The translations under genes were made by a program, and so were the position numbers. The notes under the pieces were generated by a model. It did no database searches. It saw only the letters and a list, made by a program, of their open reading frames with translations, and was not told where the DNA came from. This document shows positions 1 to 10,441 of a stretch of DNA of 64,000 nucleotides, piece after piece. Every line of letters starts with the position of its first letter. Position 1 is the stretch's first letter. This DNA comes from an uncultured Alphaproteobacteria bacterium (GTDB lineage: Bacteria; Pseudomonadota; Alphaproteobacteria; JALCBB01): contig OY279575.1 of the NCBI GenBank assembly GCA_958267355.1, forward strand, positions 540,335 to 604,334, in the 5' to 3' direction.

Positions 1-366
1 GAGTCCGCGAAACATATGGATGAAGACAACGAGAAAGAAAAACGAAGCTCCGTTGGCGTGTATGTAGCGGATAAGCCAGCCGTAATTTACATCGCGCATA
101 ATCCGTTCTACGGAGTCGAAAGCCATATCTACATGCGGCGTGTATTGGGTAGCCAGGACAATTCCTGACAGGATCATAATGACTAGGACAATTCCTGCCA
201 GCGAGCCGAAGTTCCACAGGTAGGAAAGATTTTTTGGCTCGGGAAAATCGCGCAGGGTTTTATTGAAGAGCGACAGGGCGGGAAGTCGTGCTTCCATCCA
301 GCCGTAGAAGCCTTTAGCGGGTGTGGCGTTATGCGAGCCACTATGCGAGCTGTGCGGAGCAGACAT
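1..366 (-). CDS. petB: cytochrome b (bc1 complex), N-terminal part; gene runs off window start
   Basis: Reverse-strand translation from ATG at 366: [44 protein letters not shown]...[28 protein letters not shown]...[15 protein letters not shown], the characteristic cytochrome b N-terminus. Its start overlaps the petA stop (TAATG). Confidence 0.85.
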   Translation of the reverse strand, partial: MSAPHSSHSGSHNATPAKGFYGWMEARLPALSLFNKTLRDFPEPKNLSYLWNFGSLAGIVLVIMILSGIVLATQYTPHVDMAFDSVERIMRDVNYGWLIRYIHANGASFFFLVVFIHMFRGL

Positions 367-899
367 TAGCCAATTAAGATCCGCGTATCGTCTAGGAAGC
401 GATATTCGGGCACGGTCAGATTTTTCGGAGCTGGCCCTTTACGGATTCGTCCTGAAGTATCGTAGTGCGAGCCGTGGCACGGACAAAACCAGCCACCAAA
501 TTCGCCGCGATTATCGCCTGTCTTTTGCCCGAGCGGGATGCATCCAAGATGGGTGCAGATTCCGACAATCACCAGCCACTCTGGGCGGACTGCCCGCGCA
601 GAGTCTGCTTCGGGATCAATTAAGTCTCGTTCTGTGGCTTGGGCGGCTTGGTTGATTTCTTGTTCGGTGCGGTGGCGGACAAAAACGGGCTTACTGCGCC
701 AAACGACGGTGAGTGATTGTCCTGCTTCTATGTTGGCGAGGTTAACTTCAACGGTGGCGAGTGCCAGGACTTCTGCAGATGGACTTAGCGAGTCGATCAG
801 TGGCCAAACTGCAGCTCCTGTGCCGACAGCGGTCATAGCCGTGCCTGTCAGGAGCAGAAAATCGCGGCGGGTTGGTGGGTCTTGTGAAGCGTCTGACAT
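366..899 (-). CDS. petA: ubiquinol-cytochrome c reductase Rieske iron-sulfur subunit
   Basis: Tat-type signal (RRDFLLLTG) and Rieske boxes CTHLGC and CPCHGSHY; 177 aa. Confidence 0.93.
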   Translation of the reverse strand: MSDASQDPPTRRDFLLLTGTAMTAVGTGAAVWPLIDSLSPSAEVLALATVEVNLANIEAGQSLTVVWRSKPVFVRHRTEQEINQAAQATERDLIDPEADSARAVRPEWLVIVGICTHLGCIPLGQKTGDNRGEFGGWFCPCHGSHYDTSGRIRKGPAPKNLTVPEYRFLDDTRILIG

Positions 900-1214
900 A
901 ATCGGCTCGTCTGCGGACTATATGCGGCGTGATGCGAAGTTGCAGTCGAGCCCTTCGGAGCTACCCCCCGAATCGCCTCAACCTTTGGCACAAGCCCGAT
1001 AGTAGGCGGAAACGGCGAATTTGGCAAAAATTGGCGTTGGAGATACCGCTATTGGCGGGGCAAGGGTGGGCTTGGGGCTTGTGGCTATTTTGTCTGTGGT
1101 GGGGCTTTAGGGTTGGGCTATGGGGCAGGGATTGCTTGCTGTGGCTTTGGGCTATTGTGGGGTTATGGGGGATAGGCTTGCGGGGTAATTTTGTGGTTTT
1201 TTAGATGGCTGAAT

Positions 1215-2210
1215 ATGGCTGAAAAGGGGAAACAAACAGACGGTCAAAGGCGAACTGCTGAAGCGTCTTTTTTGGGCTTGGCGGACAGGCTAATTGCGGC
1301 TTTGGAAGCGGCTGAGCCTACGGGTGCAAGGTTTGCCCTCAAGCAGTGGGACTCGGCTTCTCTGGAGCGTCCTGAGCCGCCTCCAGCCTGTTCTGATATG
1401 CCTGAAGCCCTAGCAGAGCCAAAGCCCCTTACGGGCGGTGGCAGAAGTGCTGTGCTACGCGCCACCAGAACAGGAGCCACCACAGAAGCAACAATAGAAA
1501 AAGCGGCGGTGAATTTCTCGGCTGTGAGCGGGCAGCTTTCGGGAGCCACAGCCCAGCGTATTGCGGGTACAGATAGCGACTCACCTGCGAAGTTTACGGC
1601 TACGGGTACTTCGGTGATAGTGCATCCGCGTAATCCGCATGTGCCGACTGTCCATATGAATGTGCGCTACCTAGCCACGGAAAGCGAAGCGGGCGAGTCG
1701 CGTTGGTGGTTCGGTGGCGGAGCCGACATAACGCCTGTGCTTCCTGCAACGCCCGAGACAACAAGCGCAGAGTCAGCCGCGAAGTTTCACGCGGCTTTAC
1801 GCCATGCCTGTGAGAGTCATTCGTCCGTTGCTGATTATCCGCGTTTTGCGTCTTGGTGCGACCGCTACTTCTGGATTCCCCATCGTGGCAGACCGCGTGG
1901 AGCAGGGGGTATTTTCTTTGACGCAATGGGAGTCCATAGCCAAAGCCGTGTGCAGATTCCGTCTTGGCAGGCGGGCTTAGACTTCTGCCTTGCTGTTGGT
2001 GCGGCTTTCTTATCTTCGTACACAGAAATTCTGCAAGCCAATAGCGGCAAACCTTACGGCGAAGCCGAACGCCAAGCCCAGCTCCGCCATCGGGCTTTAT
2101 ACGCGGAGTTTAATCTGCTCTACGACCGCGGGACTCGTTTCGGCTTAGAAATCGGCGGCAATGTTGAATCAATCCTTTCATCCCTCCCACCCCTAGCCGC
2201 GTGGGACTAA
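1215..2210 (+). CDS. hemF: oxygen-dependent coproporphyrinogen III oxidase
   Basis: HPRNPHVPTVHMNVRY and WWFGGGADITP motifs typical of HemF. Start placed at the second in-frame ATG (1215); the ORF opens at 1191. Confidence 0.85.
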   Translation: MAEKGKQTDGQRRTAEASFLGLADRLIAALEAAEPTGARFALKQWDSASLERPEPPPACSDMPEALAEPKPLTGGGRSAVLRATRTGATTEATIEKAAVNFSAVSGQLSGATAQRIAGTDSDSPAKFTATGTSVIVHPRNPHVPTVHMNVRYLATESEAGESRWWFGGGADITPVLPATPETTSAESAAKFHAALRHACESHSSVADYPRFASWCDRYFWIPHRGRPRGAGGIFFDAMGVHSQSRVQIPSWQAGLDFCLAVGAAFLSSYTEILQANSGKPYGEAERQAQLRHRALYAEFNLLYDRGTRFGLEIGGNVESILSSLPPLAAWD

Positions 2211-2211
2211 T

Positions 2212-3558
2212 TCACTTCTCACCAAATTCCTTCCGCAAATACTCAAGACAAGCTTCCCTACCAGCTTCACGCTTGCCTAATAGCCACCAGTCTTCCACCG
2301 CTTGTAATATCTCTCCCACTTGGGGGCTAGGCGAAATTTCTAATTCCCGCATCACATCATCTCCCGTAATATGGAAAGAAATTTTCCCCCTATAATATTC
2401 TGTGAGATCTAGGCTTAGTGCTTTATTGTTTCGATTGTCTCGTGCCGCTGTAATGCATAAACGCGCCCGTACAATTTCTTCATCATATTTTTGACTTGCG
2501 CGCAACAAATCAAGGTTTCGCTTGTCCGCTTCCAGTTTTTCTTCTGATTTCTCAGGTAAGCCAACATTAGTAACCTTACGGGGGAGTAAAGGTTCATTTA
2601 GCACCTTAAATGAATTTAATTCCTTGTGTGTAAGTCTAAGTCTTTCTGCCACTTCTTGTATGACTCCATCCCCTTGAGCTAGGAGAGCAGTTAGGTGCAC
2701 AAGTGCGTCAAAGGGTTCAGCTAGTTTTTGCTTGTTCAGTAGCCACTCAACTTCAATTTCGCTGATACTAGGGTGAATTGCCTCTAACACACCCATGGCT
2801 TTCATAACTCGCAGAATTTCACTGCGTATTTTGTTATCGGAAATAGACAGAATTTTCTGTAACTCCATCCATACCCGTTCGCCTGATAGTCTATCTATCA
2901 AATGGGTTTTTGATTGTATTGCCCGCATGCACCAGCGGTTCGGGTCTATATAGCCCGTTTCACCAACTAGCCCACTAAAGCGAAAGAAACGCAGTATGCG
3001 TAGTGCATCTTCTTCAATCCGTTCTTCACGATTGCCGATGAAGCGAACAACTCTTTCTTCTAAATCCCCTATACCGTGATGAAAGTCATGGATTGTACCC
3101 TGTGAATCGCCATAGAGTGCATTGATGGAAAAATCGCGGCGATTGGAGTCTTCTTGCCAATCTTCGGTGAAATCAACTTCGGCATGTCTTCCGTCTGTTT
3201 TTATATCCCTACGCAGGGAAGTAATTTCAAACTGGCGATAATCACCAGAGCTTTCGCTTCGTGGCAAAACTGCAATCACTGTCCCGTGTTCAAAGCTTCT
3301 GCCCTTACGGATTGTTTTAATTCCTGCTTCGTTTAGCAACTGCTCTACCTTGTCAGGACGCAAAGGAGTCGCAAAGTCTAAGTCTTGGCTTGGGTCACGA
3401 ACTTTATCTGGCGCAAGCAACAGGTCACGCATTGTACCACCGACTATCCGCAGAACTTCTAATTCACTTCCTGCCGCTAAAGCCTGATGCACCTTAACAA
3501 CATCAGGAGTCGCAAAAAGCTGGCGTAAAGTTTCACCTGCCGAGTCGTGATTCAACAT
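2212..3558 (-). CDS. CCA tRNA nucleotidyltransferase / poly(A) polymerase family protein
   Basis: PolyA_pol head-domain motifs GGTMRDLLL...DLDFAT and RRDFSINAL. Start at internal ATG 3558, overlapping the stop of the upstream DUF1285 gene by 1 nt. Confidence 0.8.
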   Translation of the reverse strand: MLNHDSAGETLRQLFATPDVVKVHQALAAGSELEVLRIVGGTMRDLLLAPDKVRDPSQDLDFATPLRPDKVEQLLNEAGIKTIRKGRSFEHGTVIAVLPRSESSGDYRQFEITSLRRDIKTDGRHAEVDFTEDWQEDSNRRDFSINALYGDSQGTIHDFHHGIGDLEERVVRFIGNREERIEEDALRILRFFRFSGLVGETGYIDPNRWCMRAIQSKTHLIDRLSGERVWMELQKILSISDNKIRSEILRVMKAMGVLEAIHPSISEIEVEWLLNKQKLAEPFDALVHLTALLAQGDGVIQEVAERLRLTHKELNSFKVLNEPLLPRKVTNVGLPEKSEEKLEADKRNLDLLRASQKYDEEIVRARLCITAARDNRNNKALSLDLTEYYRGKISFHITGDDVMRELEISPSPQVGEILQAVEDWWLLGKREAGREACLEYLRKEFGEK

Positions 3559-4118
3559 TACCCATTCCCCCAAACGGCTTCGGCGGGTTGCGTTGCACAG
3601 GCAGGAGTCCCATGCGCACAATCCAACGGAAAGAAAATTTCTTCGCTAACAATACCCATATGCGACTCGCCGTGCCAATTGTGTCGCTGTGCCATTTCTA
3701 CAAGGTGATAAAACGGCGCGCGTAAAATTCTGGCTTCTAAGCCACGCCACAAAGCAATATAGGGACGCGGCTCGCCACCTGCCCCCAGCTCCATCCGCAA
3801 CGGATGTTCTGCCCCAATCCGCACCCATTGGTCTAGGTTTGTCCGCAGACAGAAGGCGTTGTGGTTTTGCTCCACTTCTACTGCTGTGAAAGCCGAGTCT
3901 TCTACGGCGACTCGTCCGCGTTCAACAGGAGTGATAAGCCAGTGTTGTCCGCTAGCGTCAGCCCGCAGAACCCGTGAGAAAAGCCGCACAAGGGGTTTGC
4001 GTCCGATTGGCGAGCCTTCGTGAAACCAAGTGCCATCGGCAGCAATACGCATAGCCCAATCGCCGCAATCAAGCACTGAGTCTGGGCTTGCTTTTGTCTC
4101 TGCTACTTTACTTGTCAT
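3558..4118 (-). CDS. DUF1285-like conserved hypothetical protein
   Basis: 186-aa ORF with coding-like composition. From memory this family sits beside CCA-adding enzyme in alphaproteobacteria; the family assignment is recalled, not computed. Confidence 0.5.
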   Translation of the reverse strand: MTSKVAETKASPDSVLDCGDWAMRIAADGTWFHEGSPIGRKPLVRLFSRVLRADASGQHWLITPVERGRVAVEDSAFTAVEVEQNHNAFCLRTNLDQWVRIGAEHPLRMELGAGGEPRPYIALWRGLEARILRAPFYHLVEMAQRHNWHGESHMGIVSEEIFFPLDCAHGTPACATQPAEAVWGNG

Positions 4119-4282
4119 CTGCCTATCACCTGCCCGCCACTGGTGTTCTGGAGCCCAGCAAAAGAGCCTAGAAAATCCGAATTCAATTGAGAAAATCAGC
4201 GTTTCGGTCTATCATACACGGGCTTGCCTAGTTTCTCTCGAGCTTTCCGTTGGAGCCTTTGATTTGGCTTTTTCCTGCTCTG

Positions 4283-4380
4283 TTTCTGTGTCCTTGCGTT
4301 TCTGTGTCTGTGTGTCTTTGTCCCTGTGTTTCTGTGTCTGTGCGTCTTTGTCCCTAGCTTGTCCTTTCGCTTGTCCTTGT
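4283..4380. repeat. about 30-bp tandem repeat (2-3 copies, tgtgtttctgtgtctgtgYgtctttgtccc) in the divergent intergenic region
   Basis: Direct reading; lies between the minus-strand DUF1285 gene and plus-strand moxR. Confidence 0.8.
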
Positions 4381-4402
4381 GCTGGCATGATTTCTGTTTC
4401 TG

Positions 4403-5560
4403 ATGACTGCTTCTGCTTCCCCTCCTGATCCGTCTCTCTTGCTGGAAGACCCGCCCGAAGTTGCGCCTACGCTCAACGATGGAGCAGACACTCTAGCAGG
4501 TGAGGCAACGAGTCAGGCAACGAACCAAGACCCAGTTGCAAACGGCGTTGATATGACTCCGTCTTCGGACAAGTTCAACAGCATTGTTGCTCAGCTAAAA
4601 GCTGTACGCGCAGAAATCGGCAAGGTCATCTACGGACAAGAACAAGTCGTAGAACAAACCCTAACCGCTATTCTGGCGGGAGGCCATGCACTGCTTGTTG
4701 GCTATCCGGGGCTTGCCAAGACGCGTCTAGTAGAAACTTTAGCAAACACTTTGGGTTTATCTGAACGGCGAATTCAATGCACACCTGATTTAATGCCGGC
4801 TGACATTCTAGGCAGTGAAATACTAGACCAGGATGACTCGGGCAAACGTTCTTTCCGTTTCTTGGAAGGCCCTGTTTTTACACAGCTGCTTATGGCAGAC
4901 GAGATTAATCGGGCGAGTCCGCGCACGCAATCGGCTTTGTTGCAGGCAATGCAAGAACACCGCGTAACCGTGGCAGGACAAACCCGCCCCTTGCCGACTC
5001 CCTTTCACACGCTTGCGACTCAGAATCCGCTTGAACATGAAGGAACCTATCCCTTGCCTGAAGCCCAGCTAGACAGGTTTCTGTTGCAAGTAGATGTGCC
5101 GTATCCTGCTTTAGATGCCGAGCGCGAAGTCTTGCTACGGACAACGGGGGAAGAAATCCCTGAAGCGGCACAGGTGTTATCAAGTGGCGCACTGTTGGAA
5201 ATCCAAGCCTTGGTGCGGGCAATGCCAATCGGAGAAGAAGTTTTAGCGGCAATCTTGCGCTTGATCCGTGCGGCAAGACCTGCTGAAGAAGGCAATGCAG
5301 AAAACGCCAGCCATGCAGCGGCAATCGCCGAAATCACAGCGGAAATTGCTTGGGGTCCGGGTCCGCGAGCGGGGCAAGCTTTAGTCACGGCTTCTAAGGC
5401 TCGGGCTTTACTTAACGGGCGTTCTGCTCCGGGCATTCAGGACATAGCGGTCTTGGCGGTTCCTGTTTTGAGTCACCGTATGGCATTGCAGTTCCGTGCG
5501 CGTACTGAAGGCGTATCGTTAGCCGAGCGCATTCAAACCCTAGCGGAGTTGACTCTCTAA
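4403..5560 (+). CDS. MoxR-family AAA+ ATPase
   Basis: Walker A GYPGLAKT and MoxR/AAA_3-like core (LLVGYPGLAKTRLVETLANTLGL...FRFLEGPVF...ADEINRASPRTQSALLQAMQE). True start may be the internal ATG near 4550. Confidence 0.88.
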   Translation: MTASASPPDPSLLLEDPPEVAPTLNDGADTLAGEATSQATNQDPVANGVDMTPSSDKFNSIVAQLKAVRAEIGKVIYGQEQVVEQTLTAILAGGHALLVGYPGLAKTRLVETLANTLGLSERRIQCTPDLMPADILGSEILDQDDSGKRSFRFLEGPVFTQLLMADEINRASPRTQSALLQAMQEHRVTVAGQTRPLPTPFHTLATQNPLEHEGTYPLPEAQLDRFLLQVDVPYPALDAEREVLLRTTGEEIPEAAQVLSSGALLEIQALVRAMPIGEEVLAAILRLIRAARPAEEGNAENASHAAAIAEITAEIAWGPGPRAGQALVTASKARALLNGRSAPGIQDIAVLAVPVLSHRMALQFRARTEGVSLAERIQTLAELTL

Positions 5561-5563
5561 GCT

Positions 5564-6871
5564 GTGGCTCTGTTCTCCAAAAGTGCGGCGGATAAGTCTT
5601 CTTCGTGGAAGTTTAACGCGGCTACTCTCAAACGGGCACTGCGGGCTTCGGCGCAGAGGGAAGACTCAATTCACCGTCTTCTAATCGACGCGCAAACCTT
5701 GGCGGGTGGATTTCCGCCACTTAACTTGCATATTGCTGACCGTGCGAATGCTACGCTTGGCAGGCACGGCAGGCGGCGTTTCGGACACGGAAGTGATTTC
5801 TGGCAGTTCCGCAACTATGAATGGGGTGACTCGGTTTCAACGATTGATTGGCGGCAATCGGCGCGGTTTGACAGCTTGCAGGTGCGCGAGCGTGAGTGGC
5901 AAGCGCAGCGGGCATTGTACATATGGAGCGATCCGTCTCCGTCGTGTGATTGGTCTTCGGCGCGTCATTTGCCGACTAAGCGGCATCGGGCGCAGGAAAT
6001 TCTGTTAGCCCTAGCAATCCTAGCTTTGCGCGGAGGCGAGTCGGTTGCGGTACTGCGTAACAGTGCGCGTCTAAAATGGGGTGGAGATCTTGCGGCATCT
6101 TTGGCGCAGGAACTTTTTCAGGAGTCGGCAGATTGGTCAGCCCGTAGAGCGGGTAGAGCGCAGGGTGAGTTACAAGGTGAGTCACAGGGTGCATCACAGG
6201 GCTCGCTACAAGGTGAGTCGCAACAGGAGTCGTCTCGTGGTGCGAGTCCATTGCAGGGAGTGCAGGGGGCTGACAATTTGGAGTCGGCGGCGACGACTCT
6301 GCCTGACTTGCGAATTCCCGATGCGGCGAGCCATGTCATTTTGGCGGGAGATTTCTTAGACCCACCCGAGCCGCTTGTTCCCTACTTAAAAGCTGTATCA
6401 GCTCGTGGAGCTACAGGCACACTTGTGCAGGTGCTAGACCCTGCTGAATGGAATCTGCCGTGGCGTGGCGGAGCCATACTAGATGGAACCGAAGGCGAAA
6501 GCCCATGGAAAGTCCGCCGCTTAGAAGAAATTGCTTCTGCTTACGAAAAACGCCTTGCTGACAGTACTGATAGGCTTCGTGCGATTGCTCGTGGTTCGGG
6601 CTGGGGTTATTTGGCGCACAACACGGCGGATTCGTCTGCCAAGGCACTTTTAGCCTTGCATATTCGGCTTAACCAGCGGGCGGGGCAGGGAGCTACCCAG
6701 GGCTCAGGCGGCTCAGGAAGCTCTGAGAAGAGCCCTGAAGCCGATTCGCCGATGAATCCCACTCACACCACCGCGCCACCAGAAAGAGCCACCAGCGTGG
6801 CTCCTGTGGCTTCTCAGGCAAGCCAACGGACAAGCCCACCCAGTGTGGCTTCATCTACTGGCGCGAGATAG
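5564..6871 (+). CDS. DUF58 domain protein with low-complexity insertions
   Basis: DUF58 hallmark FRNYEWGDSVSTIDWRQSARFD. Contains an in-frame QGE(L/S)QG repeat and a Ser/Pro/Thr-rich C-terminal tail. Confidence 0.78.
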   Translation: MALFSKSAADKSSSWKFNAATLKRALRASAQREDSIHRLLIDAQTLAGGFPPLNLHIADRANATLGRHGRRRFGHGSDFWQFRNYEWGDSVSTIDWRQSARFDSLQVREREWQAQRALYIWSDPSPSCDWSSARHLPTKRHRAQEILLALAILALRGGESVAVLRNSARLKWGGDLAASLAQELFQESADWSARRAGRAQGELQGESQGASQGSLQGESQQESSRGASPLQGVQGADNLESAATTLPDLRIPDAASHVILAGDFLDPPEPLVPYLKAVSARGATGTLVQVLDPAEWNLPWRGGAILDGTEGESPWKVRRLEEIASAYEKRLADSTDRLRAIARGSGWGYLAHNTADSSAKALLALHIRLNQRAGQGATQGSGGSGSSEKSPEADSPMNPTHTTAPPERATSVAPVASQASQRTSPPSVASSTGAR

Positions 6872-6886
6872 GCGATAGCCTTAGCT

Positions 6887-9760
6887 ATGCCACTGGTTTT
6901 TGAATTTCCTTGGCTTCTGGCTGCTTTGGCGGGTTTGCCTGCTTTGTGGTGGCTTTTGCGGGTGATTCCTCCGCCTGTGCGGCGGCGTACCTTTCCAGCG
7001 GTGCGTTTGCTTTATGACTTACGGGATAGCGAAGACAAGCCGCATCGTATTCCGTGGTGGCTTTTGGCTTTGCGGCTTTTGGCGGCGGCGTTGTTGATCG
7101 TTGCTTTAGCGGGTCCGCGGTTTCAGCCTGAGCCTTTACTGAACGGCTCGGACAGCTTGCTTCTAGTGATAGACAATGGCTGGTCGGCGGCACCTGCTTG
7201 GGACAAGACCAAGAGCGAAGCGCGTACTATACTGCTTGCGGCTCGTCGTAAGGGTAGGGCGGTTCAGCTTTTGACGACTGCTCGTGATACGGAAGAAGCG
7301 GCAAGTGCGGTGGGGTTAGAAGTTTTGTCGGCAAATCAGGCTTTGTCGTTGTTGCGTGGCCTTGAGCCGCGGGGGTATCCAGCGGATTACGATTACGTGC
7401 TATCGCGTTTGGCGGCACATGGAGTCTCTCCAGACACGGATGAAGTTGTATTTTTTGCTGATGGTTTTGGTGGTGAGTTGGCGGCCAAGCTGACTCGCCA
7501 GCTTAGAGCGTATGGAAATTTCTCTGTGCGGTATGTTGCGCCACAGGATACGGCGCGTCTTTTGCTGGCTCCGACAATTCGTGCGGAAAATTTTTCTGTT
7601 CGTATTGCTGAGCTTTATGATGAAGCGGCGTTTGATAGGAGTCCACCGATCTTGCAGCTCCACGGACGTGATGGTGCGCTTCTTGCCAAGATTGAAAGCA
7701 AAGAAATCGGGCACGAAGATACGATTCGTTGGTATGAAGCTAGCACGCGCTTACCCCGTCGTTTATTGGACGACACTTCGCTTTTGTCTCTTAACGAGCT
7801 GTCGGCGGGAGCGGTACAACTTCTAGCGGACAGTGACAGGCGGCACCGCGTTCTTCTATGGGAGCAGAGTGCTACGGCGGTGGCGCGTCATCCGTTGCTA
7901 TCGTCGGAGCATTACTTAACGCAGGCGTTTTCGCTTTTTGCTGAAGTCCAGAGCGGCGGCTTGGAGCAGCTTTCTACATTTGCGCCTGACCTTGTTGTCC
8001 TAGACGGAGATATTATCCTCGGCTTGGACGAAACCGAAGCCTTAAACACATGGCTCAACGCGGGCGGAGTTCTACTGCGTTTTGCGGGGGAAGGGCTTTT
8101 GCGTGAGGGACGTGAATCGCGTCTTTTGCCTGTGCGTTTGCGTCCTGCGGTGCGGGCTTTGGGGGGTACTTTGTCGTGGGAGGAACCTGTGTCTATTCAC
8201 CCTCAGCCGCCTGAGACGAGTCCGCTGGCGGGGATAGAAGTTCCGCGTGATTTGCGTATTCGCCGAGCTGTTTTGGCGGAGCCTGGTCCTGACTTAGAAG
8301 AACGCACATGGCTGTGGTTGCAGGATGGCTCACCGTTTATCACGGCGGACATACGTGCAGAAGGGGTATTGATACTGGTGCATAGTGCGGCGAATGCTGA
8401 GTGGTCTAATTTGCCGATTTCGGGGTATTTTGTGCAGATGCTGCGCCGTTTGACCGAACTTGGACGAATTGCTACTGAAAGCACGATTACCGAGTCGGGC
8501 GGACTTGCTGAGCCTGCGTTATTGCTGGATGGTTTTGGTAGATTGCGTGCGTCTAGTAAGAGTCGTTTTCCTATTGCTGAAGCGATACGCCTTTCTGATT
8601 TGGAGCAGATTGTGCCGTCGGCGTATCATCCTGCGGGTTTTTATGGGATTGAAACGGGCAGGTTATCGATTAACCTTGGCGGAAGAATTCCGTTACCTGA
8701 AGCACTTGTCATCCCGCCTGGGGTTTCTGCGGCTCCACTTGGAGCGACTCGTTCTTTTGACCTCCGCCCTCTGCTGTACACCTTGCTTTTACTTCTGGTC
8801 CTTGTGGAGTTCTGGGCGGGCTTGTGGCTTCGTGGTCTTTTGACTTTTCGCCCGTTTGCGCCTGTGGCGAGTCGCCTACTCGGAGCCACGCGCAACAGAT
8901 TTGCGGGCAAGTTTGTGCTGAGTCTTGTGGCGATGTTTTTTCTGGTGGCGGTGTGCTTTAGCTATTCTCCGTACCCAGCCCGAGCGCAGAGTAGCCAGAA
9001 CAACCAGAACAACCTGCAAAGCAATTTTGCCACGGCAGGAGACATAGCCAGTGGCGCGAACATTCAAGAGCCACGAATGGTCTATGCGATTACAGGAGTC
9101 CGTGAAACTGACGAAGCGAGCTTTAAGGGTTTGCGGGCTTTGAACAACATAGTTATTGCGCGGACGAGCGTAACCTTGTCGGAACCGTTTGGTGTGCGTG
9201 TGGGCGTGGACGACATATCGCCCTATCCGCTACTGTACTGGCCGTATGACAAGTCTGCGTCTTTACCAACTGCGGAGTCATCGGCGGCATTGAGCGAATA
9301 CCTAGCGCGTGGAGGTATGGTCTTGGTTGATTTGCGGCAAGCCCCATTCTTGGATTCACTGAGCGAAACGGGTTCGGCATTTGATGCGGGATCACTGGCA
9401 TTTCTGCAGGCGCTACGGGCACCTGCTTTATCACAGATGCGCGAAGACTACGTGCTACGCCGAGCTTTTTACTTACTGGAAGGCACCCCTGGCCGTTACG
9501 ACAGCGAAACTTTCCTGCTATCGGCTCCTGACCCAGCGGCGGACAATGTTTCGTCATTTTTGCTAGGCACGAACGACTGGGCGGCGGCGTGGGCACTAGA
9601 CAGCCGAGGACAACCTGAATACGCCCTCATCCCAGGCGGAGAAGACCAACGCGAACTATCATACCGTTTCGGAGTCAACCTAGTCCTCCACGCTTTATCG
9701 GGCAGCTATAAAGCCGACCAAATCCACCTCCAAGCGATCATCGACCGCCTAAACCGCTAA
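6887..9760 (+). CDS. large membrane protein, BatA-like N-terminal double-TM domain and DUF4159-like C-terminus
   Basis: 957 aa. N-terminus FPWLLAALAGLPALWWLLRV...LLALRLLAAALLIVALAGP shows two TM helices, with another internal TM (LLYTLLLLLVLVEFWAGLWL). Sits directly downstream of MoxR and DUF58, the conserved operon position. Confidence 0.6.
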   Translation: MPLVFEFPWLLAALAGLPALWWLLRVIPPPVRRRTFPAVRLLYDLRDSEDKPHRIPWWLLALRLLAAALLIVALAGPRFQPEPLLNGSDSLLLVIDNGWSAAPAWDKTKSEARTILLAARRKGRAVQLLTTARDTEEAASAVGLEVLSANQALSLLRGLEPRGYPADYDYVLSRLAAHGVSPDTDEVVFFADGFGGELAAKLTRQLRAYGNFSVRYVAPQDTARLLLAPTIRAENFSVRIAELYDEAAFDRSPPILQLHGRDGALLAKIESKEIGHEDTIRWYEASTRLPRRLLDDTSLLSLNELSAGAVQLLADSDRRHRVLLWEQSATAVARHPLLSSEHYLTQAFSLFAEVQSGGLEQLSTFAPDLVVLDGDIILGLDETEALNTWLNAGGVLLRFAGEGLLREGRESRLLPVRLRPAVRALGGTLSWEEPVSIHPQPPETSPLAGIEVPRDLRIRRAVLAEPGPDLEERTWLWLQDGSPFITADIRAEGVLILVHSAANAEWSNLPISGYFVQMLRRLTELGRIATESTITESGGLAEPALLLDGFGRLRASSKSRFPIAEAIRLSDLEQIVPSAYHPAGFYGIETGRLSINLGGRIPLPEALVIPPGVSAAPLGATRSFDLRPLLYTLLLLLVLVEFWAGLWLRGLLTFRPFAPVASRLLGATRNRFAGKFVLSLVAMFFLVAVCFSYSPYPARAQSSQNNQNNLQSNFATAGDIASGANIQEPRMVYAITGVRETDEASFKGLRALNNIVIARTSVTLSEPFGVRVGVDDISPYPLLYWPYDKSASLPTAESSAALSEYLARGGMVLVDLRQAPFLDSLSETGSAFDAGSLAFLQALRAPALSQMREDYVLRRAFYLLEGTPGRYDSETFLLSAPDPAADNVSSFLLGTNDWAAAWALDSRGQPEYALIPGGEDQRELSYRFGVNLVLHALSGSYKADQIHLQAIIDRLNR

Positions 9761-9867
9761 CCTAATTTCCTGCGTAGTTACCAACGGCACACTAGCGAAC
9801 GCGGCGACTGCGCTTTGCCAAACGCGAAGCAGAAGCCTATCCTCACCAACAACCCAAACACAGACAA

Positions 9868-9952
9868 GCGGCTGTGGCGGAACTGGTAGACGCGCAAGAT
9901 TCAGGTTCTTGTGGGAGCTAATCCCGTGGAGGTTCAAGTCCTCTCAGCCGCA
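9868..9952 (+). tRNA. tRNA-Leu (anticodon CAG)
   Basis: Acceptor stem GCGGCTG/CAGCCGC, anticodon loop tTCAGgt, long variable arm, T-arm GGTTCAAGTCC, discriminator A. Confidence 0.85.
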
Positions 9953-10441
9953 CACCCCTTGCGGGGCGGCGTCAATGCCAGCCCTTGTATTCCCCACCAA
10001 CTGTTAAGCCCCATAGTTTTAGTAACGGGTTAATTGAGCCAATACCCCTTTGCGGGGGGAGCGTGAGATTAGGGGGATTAACTGGCTCCCATTTTTGAGA
10101 CGAAGCCCTATAAAGGCTTAACCCACCAGTAAGACGAAGACGGGAGAAATAGCGGCTTGCCCTGCAGGGGGCGAAGCCCCCGCAGGGTTTGCGCGATTGA
10201 GCGCAAACCGCGGGAGATTAACCTTAATGGAACTGCCCACGCCGTAGCTCGTCCGAAGGTACCGCGAAAACGGAGTTTTCGCGGTACGCGCACGGCGAGA
10301 TGCGGCAAATAGCCCGCGCAAGCGGGCGGATTAAATGTTGCGAGAAAGCCCAACCCTAACCCCTTCTTTTTCGGATTAGGAATAAGGGTAATTAGAAGAC
10401 GGGCGAGATGCGGCAACTAGCCTGTATAGGTGCTTTGCGAT
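9953..10441. repeat. mosaic of dispersed repeat elements (left flank of island)
   Basis: Segments recur at 15250-15460 in direct orientation (e.g. ccccttgcggggggagcgtgagattagggggattaactggctccc) and at 14868-14940 in inverted orientation (tttgagacgaagccctataaaggcttaacccaccagtaagacgaagacggg). Confidence 0.8.

Noticed and set aside
929-1204. 91-aa ORF (WAWGLWLFCLWWGFRVGLWG) in the petA/hemF intergenic region
   Set aside because: Translation of the G/T-rich GGGCTT-type repeat; not protein-like.
4030-4428. 132-aa Cys-rich ORF between DUF1285 and moxR
   Set aside because: Derived from the about 30-bp tandem repeat (VSVSLRFCVCVSLSLCFCVCASLS) and overlaps DUF1285 on the opposite strand.
9749-10416. 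ORFs 9749..9937 -, 10108..10416 - and 10118..10321 -
   Set aside because: They overlap tRNA-Leu(CAG) and the dispersed repeat mosaic, and have no coding signal.
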